Shown here in pieces: positions 7,506-18,213 of a stretch of DNA of 32,000 nt. The notes under the pieces are model-generated. The model saw nothing but the letters and a program-made list of their open reading frames with translations. It did not search any database and was not told the origin of the DNA. Source of the DNA: Methylorubrum extorquens (GTDB lineage: Bacteria; Pseudomonadota; Alphaproteobacteria; Rhizobiales; Beijerinckiaceae); assembly GCA_900234795.1 (NCBI GenBank), contig LT962688.1, positions 2,880,001 through 2,912,000 on the forward strand, given 5' to 3'. Position 1 is the stretch's first letter; each line of letters begins with the position of its first letter. The position numbers and the translations under genes are program-made.

Positions 7506-8486
7506 TCAACCCCACAGTTCGGGCTGCGGCGGATAGACCGTGCTGCCCTCGTAGCGCAGGGCCGGCGCCCGGTCCTGGGCGAGCAGCAGCGGCCCGTCGA
7601 GATCGACGTAAGCCGCGTGGTGGGCGAGCAGCAGAGCCGGTGCCATGGCGAGCGACGAGCCGACCATGCAGCCGACCATGATCTCGAAGCCGCGCGCCCG
7701 CGCCTCGTGGGCGAGCTTCAGCGCTTCCGTGAGACCGCCCGCCTTGTCGAGCTTGATGTTGATCGCATCGTAGCGCTTGGCCAGGGCATCGAGCCCGGCG
7801 CGGTCGTGCAGGCTTTCGTCGGCGCAGATCGGAATCGTGCGGTCGATCTCAGCGAGTAAACCGTCCTCGCCCGCTGGCAGCGGCTGCTCGATCAGGCCGA
7901 CACCCGCCGCCGCGCAGGCCGCGAGGTTGTCGCGTATCGTCTTGGGCCGCCACGCCTCGTTGGCATCGACGATGAGGCGCGAATCCGGCGCACCGCGGCG
8001 CACGGCGGCAATTCGCTCAGGGTCGCCCTCGCCGCCGAGCTTCACCTTCAGCAGCGGCCGGTGCGCCGCCCCACGGGCCGCTTCCTCCATCGCGTCCGGA
8101 TCACCAAGGCTCAGCGTGTAGGCGGTGGTGACCGGAGCCGGTGCAGCAACCCCCGCAAGCTCGTAGGCGGGCCTGCCGGTGCGCTTCGCTTCGAGATCCC
8201 ACAGGGCGCAATCGAGGGCGTTGCGGGCGGCACCCGGCTTCATCCGCCCGGCGAGGTCGAACCGCCCTCCCCCGTCGGCGATCCATGCTGCCTGCTCATC
8301 GAGGAAGGCGGCGACATTCTCGACCGTCTCGCCGTAGCGGGCATAGGGCACGCACTCGCCCCGGCCGCGAAACGAACCGTCCTCCACGGTCGCGACGACG
8401 ACGACCGCCTCGGTGCGGCTGCCGCGGGAGATCGTGAACGATCCGGCGATCGGGAAGCGCTCGACGGCAACGGTCAGACGCGGCAT
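7506..8486 (-). CDS. dgcA: Enolase-superfamily epimerase/racemase (dipeptide epimerase / N-acetyl-D-glutamate racemase DgcA-like)
   Basis: 326-aa ORF. It has the muconate-lactonizing-enzyme-subgroup signature: KxK (LLKVKLG), metal ligands VDANEAW, LIEQPL and ICADESL, and a second catalytic Lys in NIKLDKAGG. It lies 13 nt downstream of a DUF1611-type gene. Confidence 0.75.
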   Translation of the reverse strand: MPRLTVAVERFPIAGSFTISRGSRTEAVVVVATVEDGSFRGRGECVPYARYGETVENVAAFLDEQAAWIADGGGRFDLAGRMKPGAARNALDCALWDLEAKRTGRPAYELAGVAAPAPVTTAYTLSLGDPDAMEEAARGAAHRPLLKVKLGGEGDPERIAAVRRGAPDSRLIVDANEAWRPKTIRDNLAACAAAGVGLIEQPLPAGEDGLLAEIDRTIPICADESLHDRAGLDALAKRYDAINIKLDKAGGLTEALKLAHEARARGFEIMVGCMVGSSLAMAPALLLAHHAAYVDLDGPLLLAQDRAPALRYEGSTVYPPQPELWG

Positions 8487-8499
8487 CGGCTCTTCTCCC

Positions 8500-9510
8500 T
8501 CAGGCCGGAAACTCGGCGGCGATCCGATCCACGATCCCCTCGACGCCGAAGCGCACGGGATCGGTGGCGGGCAGGCCGTGAACGGATTCCGCCTCGCTCA
8601 GCAGCGCGCGCGCCTGCGATTCGGACAGGGCCTGCGTGTTCACCGCGATGCCGACGGGGCGGATGCCCGGATTGGTGAGCGAGCCGCAGCGGATGGTCAG
8701 GTCGATGACCTCCTGGATCGTCGGGAGGCTCGCCTCGACGCCGCGCATGCGGGTGCGGGTCGGCTCGTGACAGATCACGAAGGCATCGGCCTGCGCGCCG
8801 TGCAGCAGGCCGAGGCTGACGCCAGCAAAGGAGGGGTGGAACAGCGAGCCCTGCCCCTCGATCAGATCCCAGTGATTCGGCTCGGCCGCCGGGGAGACCC
8901 ACTCCACGGCACCGGAGATGAAGTCGGCAACCACTGCGTCGATGGCCACGCCCCGGCCGGAAATGAACACGCCGGTCTGGCCGGTGGCACGGAAATCGGC
9001 ATCGAAGCCGCGCTCGCGCATGCCACGTTCCAGGGCGAGTGCGGTGTACTTCTTGCCGACTGAGCAATCGGTGCCGACGGTGAGCAGGCGCCGGCCCGGA
9101 CGCTTCGTGCCCTTTCCGGTGGGGAAGGTCTCGGTGGTGTGGCGGACGTCGTGCAGGGCGCGCCCATTGCGCTTCGCCGCCTCGGCGATCTGGGGGATCG
9201 AGCCGAGCCGCACATGCAGCCCGCTCGCCACGTCGAGCCCGGCATCCAATGCCGCCACGATCTCCGCGACCCAGTGGTCGGGTAGTACACCGCCGGCATT
9301 GACGACGCCGACGACCATGGTCTTGCAGCCCTTGGCGACGGCCTCCTCCAGAGTCAGATCGGGGATGCCGAGATCGGCGGCACAGCCCTCCATCCGGAAT
9401 TGGCCGACGCACCATTCGGGGCGCCAGTCATTGATGCCGTAGGCGGTCTTTGCGGCGAGCCGGTCCGGCACGTCGCCGAGAAACATCAGATAGGGCGTGG
9501 CGATCTGCAT
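8500..9510 (-). CDS. dgcN: DUF1611-family protein (D-glutamate N-acetyltransferase DgcN-like)
   Basis: 336-aa ORF with an ATG at 9510. It shows a P-loop-like VGTDCSVGKKYTALAL and the overall DUF1611 layout. Its pairing with the enolase-superfamily gene immediately downstream is the characteristic DgcN-DgcA arrangement. Confidence 0.65.
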   Translation of the reverse strand: MQIATPYLMFLGDVPDRLAAKTAYGINDWRPEWCVGQFRMEGCAADLGIPDLTLEEAVAKGCKTMVVGVVNAGGVLPDHWVAEIVAALDAGLDVASGLHVRLGSIPQIAEAAKRNGRALHDVRHTTETFPTGKGTKRPGRRLLTVGTDCSVGKKYTALALERGMRERGFDADFRATGQTGVFISGRGVAIDAVVADFISGAVEWVSPAAEPNHWDLIEGQGSLFHPSFAGVSLGLLHGAQADAFVICHEPTRTRMRGVEASLPTIQEVIDLTIRCGSLTNPGIRPVGIAVNTQALSESQARALLSEAESVHGLPATDPVRFGVEGIVDRIAAEFPA

Positions 9511-9618
9511 AGGCGATGGTCCCGTCCGGAGCGAAGCTCCGCCTGAGAACGCGTCTATGCGTGATCCGTGCCCGATGCGCGAGGGATGACCTCGGCATTG
9601 CTGTAACCCCGCTTCGAT

Positions 9619-9759
9619 CCCTCATGCTGAGGTGCCGAGCGCAAGCTCGGCCTCGAAGCACGCCGCGGCGGTTCTGCCTTCGCTGGGAGCCGCGCGCCGG
9701 GCCTGGATCAACCTTCCACCGTGCTTCGAGGCCCGTTGCGCGGGCGCCTCAGCATGAGG
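9619..9759. repeat. Nested-palindrome intergenic repeat element, copy 2 (diverged)
   Basis: CCCTCATGCTGAGGTGCCGAGCGCAAGCTCGGCCTCGAAGCAC ... GTGCTTCGAGGCCCGTTGCGCGGGCGCCTCAGCATGAGG. It has the same architecture as copies 1 and 3, but with paired substitutions in both arms. Confidence 0.8.
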
Positions 9760-9799
9760 TGCGGGGTGGAAGCCAGAACCGGTGCGATACAAGAATGCC

Positions 9800-11635
9800 C
9801 TACGGCTCGATTCGTCTCACTGCCCCCTTGGCGGCGCTGGTCGCGAGCATCGCGTAGGCGCGCAAAGCCGTGCTGACTTTGCGCTTACGGGGCGTTGCCG
9901 GACGCCAGCCCTCCGCGTCGCGAGCGGCGCGGCGCTCGGCCAGCACGGCCTCGTCCACGGCGAGGTGGATGCGCCGGTTCGGGATGTCGATCTCGATCCG
10001 GTCACCCTGCTCGACGAGGCCAATCAGACCGCCCTCGGCGGCTTCCGGCGAGACGTGGCCGATGGACAGGCCCGAGGAGCCGCCGGAGAATCGGCCGTCG
10101 GTGACGAGCGCGCAGGCTTTGCCGAGGCCCTTCGATTTCAGGTAGCTCGTGGGATAGAGCATCTCCTGCATGCCGGGGCCGCCGCGCGGGCCCTCGTAGC
10201 GGATCAGCACCACCTCGCCGGCCTTCACGCGGCCGTTGAGGATGGCATCCACCGACGCATCCTGGCTCTCGAAAACATGGGCGGTGCCGGTGAAGGTCAG
10301 GATCGAGGCATCGACGCCGGCCGTCTTCACGATGCAGCCGTCTTCCGCGAGGTTGCCGTAGAGCACGGCCAACCCGCCATCCTTCGAGTAGGCGTGCTCG
10401 GCCGAGCGGATGACGCCGGCCTCGCGGTCGAGGTCGAGCTCGTCCCAGCGCGAGGCCTGGCTGAAGGCCACCTGGGTCGGCACGCCGCCGGGCGCGGCGC
10501 GGAAGAAGGTCTGGACCGACTCGCTTTGCGTCTTCTTGACGTCCCAGCGATCGAGCGCCGCGCCGAGCGTCCCGGAGCCGACATTGCCGACGGTCCGGTC
10601 GATCAGCCCGGCGCGGTCGAGTTCGCCGAGGATGCCCATGATTCCGCCGGCCCGGTGCACGTCCTCCATGTGGACGTTCGCGACGGCCGGGGCGACCTTG
10701 CACAGAACCGGCACGCGGCGCGACAGCCGGTCGATGTCGGCCATCGTGAAGGGCACCTCGCCCTCATGCGCGGCGGCGAGCAGGTGCAGCACCGTGTTGG
10801 TCGATCCGCCCATGGCGATGTCGAGGGTCATCGCGTTCTCGAAGGCGGCCATCGTCGCGATCGAGCGCGGCAGGACGCTGGCATCGTCCTGCTCGTAGTG
10901 GCGGCGGGCCAGATCGACGATGAGGTGGCCGGCCTCGACGAACAGGCGCTTGCGGTCCGCATGGGTCGCGAGCGTCGAGCCGTTGCCGGGCAGCGACAGG
11001 CCCAGCGCCTCGGTGAGGCAGTTCATGGAATTGGCCGTGAACATGCCCGAGCACGAACCGCAGGTCGGGCAGGCCGAGCGCTCGATGACGGCGACGTCCT
11101 CGTCCGAGACCCGATCATCGGCCGCGGCCACCATCGCATCGACGAGGTCGAACTTGCGGGTGACGCCGTTCATCACGACCTTGCCCGCCTCCATCGGCCC
11201 GCCGGAGACGAACACCGCCGGGATGTTGAGGCGCAGCGCCGCCATCAGCATGCCGGGGGTGATCTTGTCGCAATTCGAGATGCAGACCATGGCGTCGGCG
11301 CAATGCGCGTTGACCATGTACTCGACCGAATCCGCGATCAGCTCGCGCGACGGCAGCGAGTAGAGCATCCCGTCATGGCCCATGGCGATGCCGTCATCGA
11401 CTGCGATGGTGTTGAATTCCTTGGCCACACCGCCCGCCTGCTCGATCTCGCGGGCCACGAGCTGGCCGAGATCCTTCAGATGGACGTGGCCGGGCACGAA
11501 CTGCGTGAACGAGTTCACCACCGCGATGATCGGCTTGCCGAAATCTGAATCCTTCATGCCGGTGGCGCGCCACAAGCCGCGGGCGCCGGCCATGTTGCGG
11601 CCATGGGTGGTGGTGCGGGAGCGATAGGCGGGCAT
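9800..11635 (-). CDS. ilvD: Dihydroxy-acid dehydratase
   Basis: The ORF spans 9800..11674. The canonical N-terminus [26 protein letters not shown] starts at ATG 11635. Motifs present are [39 protein letters not shown] and [12 protein letters not shown]. Confidence 0.95.
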   Translation of the reverse strand: MPAYRSRTTTHGRNMAGARGLWRATGMKDSDFGKPIIAVVNSFTQFVPGHVHLKDLGQLVAREIEQAGGVAKEFNTIAVDDGIAMGHDGMLYSLPSRELIADSVEYMVNAHCADAMVCISNCDKITPGMLMAALRLNIPAVFVSGGPMEAGKVVMNGVTRKFDLVDAMVAAADDRVSDEDVAVIERSACPTCGSCSGMFTANSMNCLTEALGLSLPGNGSTLATHADRKRLFVEAGHLIVDLARRHYEQDDASVLPRSIATMAAFENAMTLDIAMGGSTNTVLHLLAAAHEGEVPFTMADIDRLSRRVPVLCKVAPAVANVHMEDVHRAGGIMGILGELDRAGLIDRTVGNVGSGTLGAALDRWDVKKTQSESVQTFFRAAPGGVPTQVAFSQASRWDELDLDREAGVIRSAEHAYSKDGGLAVLYGNLAEDGCIVKTAGVDASILTFTGTAHVFESQDASVDAILNGRVKAGEVVLIRYEGPRGGPGMQEMLYPTSYLKSKGLGKACALVTDGRFSGGSSGLSIGHVSPEAAEGGLIGLVEQGDRIEIDIPNRRIHLAVDEAVLAERRAARDAEGWRPATPRKRKVSTALRAYAMLATSAAKGAVRRIEP

Positions 11636-11690
11636 TTTTCGAGACTTTTCGAAGCTGATCGACCAACCGGCCAATCGTCCAAGAACACGC

Positions 11691-11800
11691 CCTCATCCTG
11701 AGGTGCGAAGCGAAGCGGAGCCTCGAAGGAGGGCTCCAGCCAGCCTCGCGATCCCTAGAGCTCTCCTTCGAGGCCGCAACCGCGGCGCCTCAGGATGAGG
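11691..11800. repeat. Nested-palindrome intergenic repeat element, copy 3
   Basis: CCTCATCCTGAGGTGCGAAGCGAAGCGGAGCCTCGAAGGAG ... CTCCTTCGAGGCCGCAACCGCGGCGCCTCAGGATGAGG. The arms are almost identical to those of copy 1, and the central loop differs. Confidence 0.85.
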
Positions 11801-11826
11801 GGGGTGGGGTGGGATCGAACTGCGGC

Positions 11827-13389
<1,563 letters not shown>

Positions 13390-13812
13390 GGGTCTTCGTT
13401 CCTCGCAGCCGGCGCGCTCGACACGTTGGGAGCGGCGCCGGAAAAGCCTGTCTTCCGGTCGATGGGCGGCATCCCCTGAGAGCCCAGGCGATCGCGCCCG
13501 GACGGCCCTCAGGGGCGGCTAAGAAGCAGGCCTACGAGAATGAGCGCGCACGACGAAGCGGCCGCGAGAGCGGCGCCATCGTTCGTCTGCGCAGGGCGGC
13601 CAGGGGCCACGCTCGATTCTCCTCAAGAGGCTGACTCGCCGGAAGACCGTCACGAGACCAGGGTGGCGGTATGTACCGATTGGCGGGGATCGTGACAAGC
13701 ACATGGCTGTGCCGCGTCTGTCCGATGATTGACCCGCCCACCTGCGGGAGGCACAAACCGCCGGCCAAGCTTGGCTGCAGCGAACCTCGTCTCGCAACCG
13801 GAGAGACCCGTC

Positions 13813-14139
13813 GTGCCCGCGCCGCTTCCCCGTGCCGTCTCCATTCTCTTCCTCGGCTGCGCCTTGAGTGGCTGCCAGTCGAGTGCACCGCCTCCGGTCG
13901 CGGCCGTTGCCGCCGCACCGGTTGTCACCGCCCTCCCGACCGGCACCGGGTGCGGCCCGACCATCGCCCGGACCCAGGCCATCGTCGCGGGCGACGTGAA
14001 GACCGGCGATCTGTCGGCGGCCGTCGGCACGCGCTTCAGCGCCGATCTCGACAAGGCGGCGGGCGCCTGCGCCGCCGGCCGCGAGGGCGAGGCGATGAGC
14101 CTGCTCGCGGCGGCCAAGGCGCGCTACGGCTACCGGTAA
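13813..14139 (+). CDS. Small putative lipoprotein
   Basis: Within ORF 13729..14139, an in-frame GTG at 13813 sits 7 nt after GGAGAGA. Signal peptide plus lipobox: VSILFLGCALSGC. The mature part has no recognisable domain. Confidence 0.5.
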   Translation: MPAPLPRAVSILFLGCALSGCQSSAPPPVAAVAAAPVVTALPTGTGCGPTIARTQAIVAGDVKTGDLSAAVGTRFSADLDKAAGACAAGREGEAMSLLAAAKARYGYR

Positions 14140-14150
14140 CGGCCGGGCAT

Positions 14151-14882
14151 TCAGGCCGGGAAGACGCTCGCGAGATAGGCCTGGACGAAGCCCGGCATCC
14201 GGGCGGCGTCGATGTCGGAGCGCGAGCGGGCGATGATGCTGTGGGCGAGTTCCGGCTCGTCCTCGTGGCCGCGATGCGATTCGATGCGAGCCTTCAGCGT
14301 CTCGGCCGAGCAGTCGAAGCGGACCGGGCGCAGGAAGGCGAGTTGGCCGTCGCCGCGCAGCAGCACCCATTCCTCCTCCGCCCCCTCGGGGAGCGTCAGG
14401 CCGGTCTCCTCCAAGAGCTCGCGCGCCGCGCTGCCGGCGAGATCGACCGTGCCGTCATCGCGCAGGTCGCCGGGATCGGGCGTGCCGCAAGGGAAGTAGA
14501 TCTGGCCGGCATTGGCGGTCTGGGCGCCCATCACGCCGAGCAGAACCGCCCCGTCTCGGCTGTGCGGGACGATCGCCGCGAAGGCGTTGGCCACCAGCGC
14601 GTCGGGCACGCCCGCATCGCGGAAGGCGAGGAAGCGCGAATAGCGCACCTCGAACAGGCTCGCCTCGCAGGCGCCGTCCGCCAGGACGCAACCGCTGGCG
14701 AGGTAGACCGGCCCGTCGAACAGGCCCGGCGTCTCCGCCAGGCGGCGCTCCCAGTTGCGGTCGATCGCCTCGGCGTTGTCCCGCGCCCAGGCCCAATCAT
14801 GCTCGACGCGCCGCGCGGAGATCCGATCCAACGGCGTGAGGCTGAAACCGGGTGCGGCGTCGCCCGCGATCTCAATCGACAC
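14151..14882 (-). CDS. NUDIX-like hydrolase
   Basis: 243-aa ORF. The Nudix-box core RELLEETGL (REUxEExGU) is present, but the upstream G-x5-E part is degenerate. The start overlaps the stop of the PhzF-family gene by 11 nt. Confidence 0.55.
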   Translation of the reverse strand: MSIEIAGDAAPGFSLTPLDRISARRVEHDWAWARDNAEAIDRNWERRLAETPGLFDGPVYLASGCVLADGACEASLFEVRYSRFLAFRDAGVPDALVANAFAAIVPHSRDGAVLLGVMGAQTANAGQIYFPCGTPDPGDLRDDGTVDLAGSAARELLEETGLTLPEGAEEEWVLLRGDGQLAFLRPVRFDCSAETLKARIESHRGHEDEPELAHSIIARSRSDIDAARMPGFVQAYLASVFPA

Positions 14883-15801
14883 GCAGCACGCCCTCGCTCA
14901 CCACCACGGCCTGTCCGCCGATCTCGACGGAGCGCAGGGTGCCCTCCGCGATGACGACCTGAAGGTCGATCGTGCTCGGCCGCCCCATGGCGACACCCTG
15001 GCGGATCACCACGTCGTGGGTGCCCTCGCCCAGCGGCTCGAACTGCATCAGCACGCCGGCGAAGGCCGCCGCGGCGCTGCCCGTCGCCGGGTCTTCCGCA
15101 ACACCGAGATGGGGCGCGAACATCCGTGCCTGGTAGCTTTGCCCGAGGCCCTGCGCGTCGAGAGCATAGAGGTAGAGCGCGTCGGGCTCGGCATGGCGGA
15201 ACAGGCGCTCGAACCGGGCGGTATCGAGCCGGGCCTGCGCCAGCGCCTCGCCGGAGGCGAGCGGCACGAAGGTGAAGGCGGGGCCGGCGCCGTGCCGGCT
15301 CGGTTGATGGCGGTTGAAGCCGAGATCGCCGGGCTTCAGTCCCAAAGCCGTGGCCAGGGCTTCATTGGCGGGTGCCTCGCCGAGATAGGTCGGCAGAACC
15401 GGCAGCTTGAAACGGGCACGACCGTTGTGGCCATCCTCCGCCGCCTCGACGACGCAGGAGACGATACCGATCTCCTCCTCGAGGCCGAAGGCGGCGGCAT
15501 CCGCCAGCGCCACCGCCTGCCGCTCGGCCCGGTCGCGGAGGGCGAGCAGCACCGCCGTTCCAACCGTCGGGTGGCCGGCAAAGGGCAGTTCGCGGGTCGG
15601 TGTGAAGATGCGCAGGCGGGCCCGGTGACGCGGCTCGGCCGGCGGCAGGACGAACACCGTCTCCGACAGGTTGAACTCGCCGGCGATCGCCTGCATCGCC
15701 TCGGCGCTGAGCCCGTCGGCATCGAGCACCACCGCGAGCGGGTTTCCGGCCAGCGGCGCGTCGGTGAACACGTCGAGGGTGGCGAAGCGGCGTTCCGGCA
15801 T
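14872..15801 (-). CDS. PhzF-family isomerase/epimerase-like protein
   Basis: The ORF spans 14872..15849. The preferred start is ATG 15801 (or 15804), just after AAGGAG. Motifs are FATLDVFTDAPLAGNPLAVV and NLSETVFV, with two-domain PhzF/DapF-like repeats. Confidence 0.8.
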   Translation of the reverse strand: MPERRFATLDVFTDAPLAGNPLAVVLDADGLSAEAMQAIAGEFNLSETVFVLPPAEPRHRARLRIFTPTRELPFAGHPTVGTAVLLALRDRAERQAVALADAAAFGLEEEIGIVSCVVEAAEDGHNGRARFKLPVLPTYLGEAPANEALATALGLKPGDLGFNRHQPSRHGAGPAFTFVPLASGEALAQARLDTARFERLFRHAEPDALYLYALDAQGLGQSYQARMFAPHLGVAEDPATGSAAAAFAGVLMQFEPLGEGTHDVVIRQGVAMGRPSTIDLQVVIAEGTLRSVEIGGQAVVVSEGVLRVD

Positions 15802-15820
15802 CATGACTCCTTGAGAAGGT

Positions 15821-16672
15821 TCAAACGATCTCGACGGGAAAGGCCGCACTCGGCGCGACGAACTCTTCCTGCGCGGCGACGGTCAGCAGTTCGTCCGAAC
15901 CGGCCTCGGCGGTCCGGCGCAGGAGGCCGTGGATCGAGGCCGCCGCCATGCCGAGCGCCAGGGCCGCCGAGCCGGTGCGCAGGTAATGCACGAGATAGAG
16001 CGCCGCGACCGCATCGCCCGCGCCCGAGACCGCTTTCAGGTCGAGCCGGGGCGTGCGCACCCGCCAGAACGAACCGCCCTCGGCCGCCATCATGTCGATC
16101 GCATCCGGCGGCGTCTCCGTCGTGACGAGCGAGGTGACCAGCAGAACGCGGGGGCCGAGCGCCTGCACCGAAGCGGCCGCCGCCTTGGCCGCCTTGAGCG
16201 TGTCGCTCGGCGCATCCGAGATGAGGTCGAGTTCGAACTGGTTCGGGGTGAGGATGTCGGCCGCCGGAACGGCCTGCGACCGCATGAAGTCGGCGATGCC
16301 GGGGCGGACGTAGACGCCGGAATAGGTGTCGCCGATCACCGGATCGCAGCAATAAAGCGCCTCAGGGTTGGCCGCGCGCACGGCGGCGACCGTCCGCAGG
16401 ATCGCGGTGCCGATATCGGCCGAGCCCATATAGCCAGAGAGCACGGCGTTGCACTCCTTGAGCGCGCCACGCTCGGCCACGCCCTGCACCACCTCCTCCA
16501 CCGCCGGCCCGTCGAAGACGCGCCCGCGCCACTGCCCGTAGCCGGTATGGTTGGAGAACTGCACCGTATGCACCGGCCAGACCTCGACCCCGAGTCGCTG
16601 CATCGGAAACACGGCGGACGAATTGCCCACATGGCCGTAGGCGACATGCGACTGGATCGACAAGACCTTCAT
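15821..16672 (-). CDS. pdxY: Pyridoxal/pyridoxamine kinase
   Basis: 283-aa ORF. The N-terminus VLSIQSHVAYGHVGNSSAVFPMQRLG is diagnostic of PdxY/PdxK ribokinase-family enzymes. A GAGD anion-hole motif (VSGAGDAVAA) is present. Confidence 0.85.
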   Translation of the reverse strand: MKVLSIQSHVAYGHVGNSSAVFPMQRLGVEVWPVHTVQFSNHTGYGQWRGRVFDGPAVEEVVQGVAERGALKECNAVLSGYMGSADIGTAILRTVAAVRAANPEALYCCDPVIGDTYSGVYVRPGIADFMRSQAVPAADILTPNQFELDLISDAPSDTLKAAKAAAASVQALGPRVLLVTSLVTTETPPDAIDMMAAEGGSFWRVRTPRLDLKAVSGAGDAVAALYLVHYLRTGSAALALGMAAASIHGLLRRTAEAGSDELLTVAAQEEFVAPSAAFPVEIV

Positions 16673-16890
16673 GGTGCTCCGGTATCCGCTCCTGCATCGT
16701 GATAACCCGGCGGGCCCCCGCGCGCATCCGATCGATGGAGCGGCGCGTTAGGGCTCGGCCGACCTTGAGCGCAGCCCGACGAAGCGGTCACCGGTTCGTC
16801 GAAAGAACGCACATCAAGACAAAGACCTAGAGACGCCGGCCGGATGCCATCAGGGTGGATACGGCTCTCGGCCAATCTTCCGGAGTGAGT

Positions 16891-17412
16891 ATGGATTTCG
16901 ACGCCGCCCGCCAATCCGTCCTCACTTTCATCGAGACCTACAAGGCGTGGGCACCCTTGGTGACGGGCGTGATCGCCTTCTGCGAATCGCTGGCGGTCCT
17001 GTCGCTGCTGGTGCCGGCCACCGCGATCCTGCTCGGCGTCGGGGCCCTGATCGGCAGCAGCGGCCTGCCGTTCTGGCCCATGGTGATCGGGGCGGGCATC
17101 GGCGCGGGGCTGGGGGATTGGGTCTCCTACGAGGTCGGGCATTACTACAAGGACGGCGTGAAGCGCCTCTGGCCGATGAGCCGGCACCCGGAGATGACGG
17201 CCAAGGCCGAAGCCTTCCTGCGGCGCTGGGGTGCGGGGGCGATTCTCATCGGCCGCTTCATCGGTCCGGCGCGGGCGGTGGTGCCGCTGGTCGCCGGCAG
17301 CTTCGGCCTCGCCCGCATCCCATTCCAGCTCGCGAATTGGAGTTCGGCCTTCGTCTGGGCCTTCGTCCTGCTCGCCCCCGGTGCGGGCCTGCTGACGTGG
17401 CTGCATTACTGA
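16891..17412 (+). CDS. DedA/SNARE-associated family membrane protein
   Basis: The ORF begins at 16855 (GTG). The ATG at 16891 follows GGAG by 5 nt and is preferred. It has multiple TM segments and the DedA signature GRFIGPARAVVPLVAG. Confidence 0.8.
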   Translation: MDFDAARQSVLTFIETYKAWAPLVTGVIAFCESLAVLSLLVPATAILLGVGALIGSSGLPFWPMVIGAGIGAGLGDWVSYEVGHYYKDGVKRLWPMSRHPEMTAKAEAFLRRWGAGAILIGRFIGPARAVVPLVAGSFGLARIPFQLANWSSAFVWAFVLLAPGAGLLTWLHY

Positions 17413-17418
17413 CGCGCC

Positions 17419-18213
17419 ATGCGCCGCTTTCCGCCCGAACGCATCGTCTGCCTCACCGAGGAGACCGTCGAGACGCTCTATCTGCTGGGCGAGGATCGCC
17501 GCATCGTCGGCGTTTCGGGCTACGCCGTGCGCCCGCCGCAGGTGCGCCGGGAGAAGCCGCGGGTCTCGGCCTTCACCAGCGCCGATCTGCCCAAGATTCT
17601 CGCCCTGGAACCGGACCTCGTCCTCGCCTTCTCCGATCTTCAGGCCGAGATCGTCGCTAGCCTCGCCCGCGCCGGCGTGGCGGTCCACCTGTTCAACCAG
17701 CGAGACGTGGCCGGCTGCCTCGCGATGATCCGCACCGTCGGCGCTCTCGTCGGCGCGGCGGATCGGGCCGACGCGCTGGCGCAGTCCTACGCGACGCACC
17801 TCGCCGAGGCCGCCGCCGAGAGTGCGGGACGCGTCCGGCCGAAGGTCTATTTCGAGGAATGGGACGAGCCGATGATCTCCGGCATCGGCTGGGTCTCCGA
17901 CCTGATCGGCTATGCCGGCGGGCGGGACGTGTTTCCGGACCTCAGCCGCGCGCAGGCGGCGAAGGACCGGATCGTTACCGCGGAGCAGGTGATCGCGGCC
18001 GCACCCGACGTGATCCTCGCCTCTTGGTGCGGCAAGCGCGTCAACGTCGAGCGCATCCGCGCCCGGCCTGGATGGGACGCGATTCCCGCCGTAGCGGCGG
18101 GGCGCATTCACGAAATCAAGTCGCCGCTGATCCTCCAGCCGGGCCCCGCCGCCCTCACGGACGGGTTCGCGGCGATCCAGGCCGCTTTGGCCGTGCGGCA
18201 AAGCGGCGGGTGA
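17419..18213 (+). CDS. BtuF/helical-backbone type periplasmic-binding-protein fold (cobalamin or Fe-siderophore binding-like), no signal peptide visible
   Basis: 264-aa ORF. RIVCLTEETVETLYLLG...IVGVS...DLPKILALEPDLVLAF...EWDEP...G is the typical class III SBP layout. The ORF begins directly with the mature-domain motif. Confidence 0.65.
   Translation: MRRFPPERIVCLTEETVETLYLLGEDRRIVGVSGYAVRPPQVRREKPRVSAFTSADLPKILALEPDLVLAFSDLQAEIVASLARAGVAVHLFNQRDVAGCLAMIRTVGALVGAADRADALAQSYATHLAEAAAESAGRVRPKVYFEEWDEPMISGIGWVSDLIGYAGGRDVFPDLSRAQAAKDRIVTAEQVIAAAPDVILASWCGKRVNVERIRARPGWDAIPAVAAGRIHEIKSPLILQPGPAALTDGFAAIQAALAVRQSGG

Noticed and set aside
1538-11800. CRISPR array or composite transposon formed by the three repeat copies
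   Set aside because: The copies are kilobases apart, individually palindromic and lack regular spacers. No cas, transposase or integrase genes are present. ilvD being bracketed by two copies is more simply explained by intergenic insertion preference.
13390-13700. Leucine-codon leader peptide / attenuator for leuA
   Set aside because: No short ORF with consecutive Leu codons is present on the transcribed strand. Only the hairpin is reported, as a low-interest finding.
16673-16890. Cobalamin riboswitch upstream of the dedA / BtuF-like pair
   Set aside because: I could not find a B12-box-like element or the conserved GGGAA/GCCACTG-type cores, and the region is short with no extended conserved-looking structure. 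It would need an Rfam scan to exclude formally.
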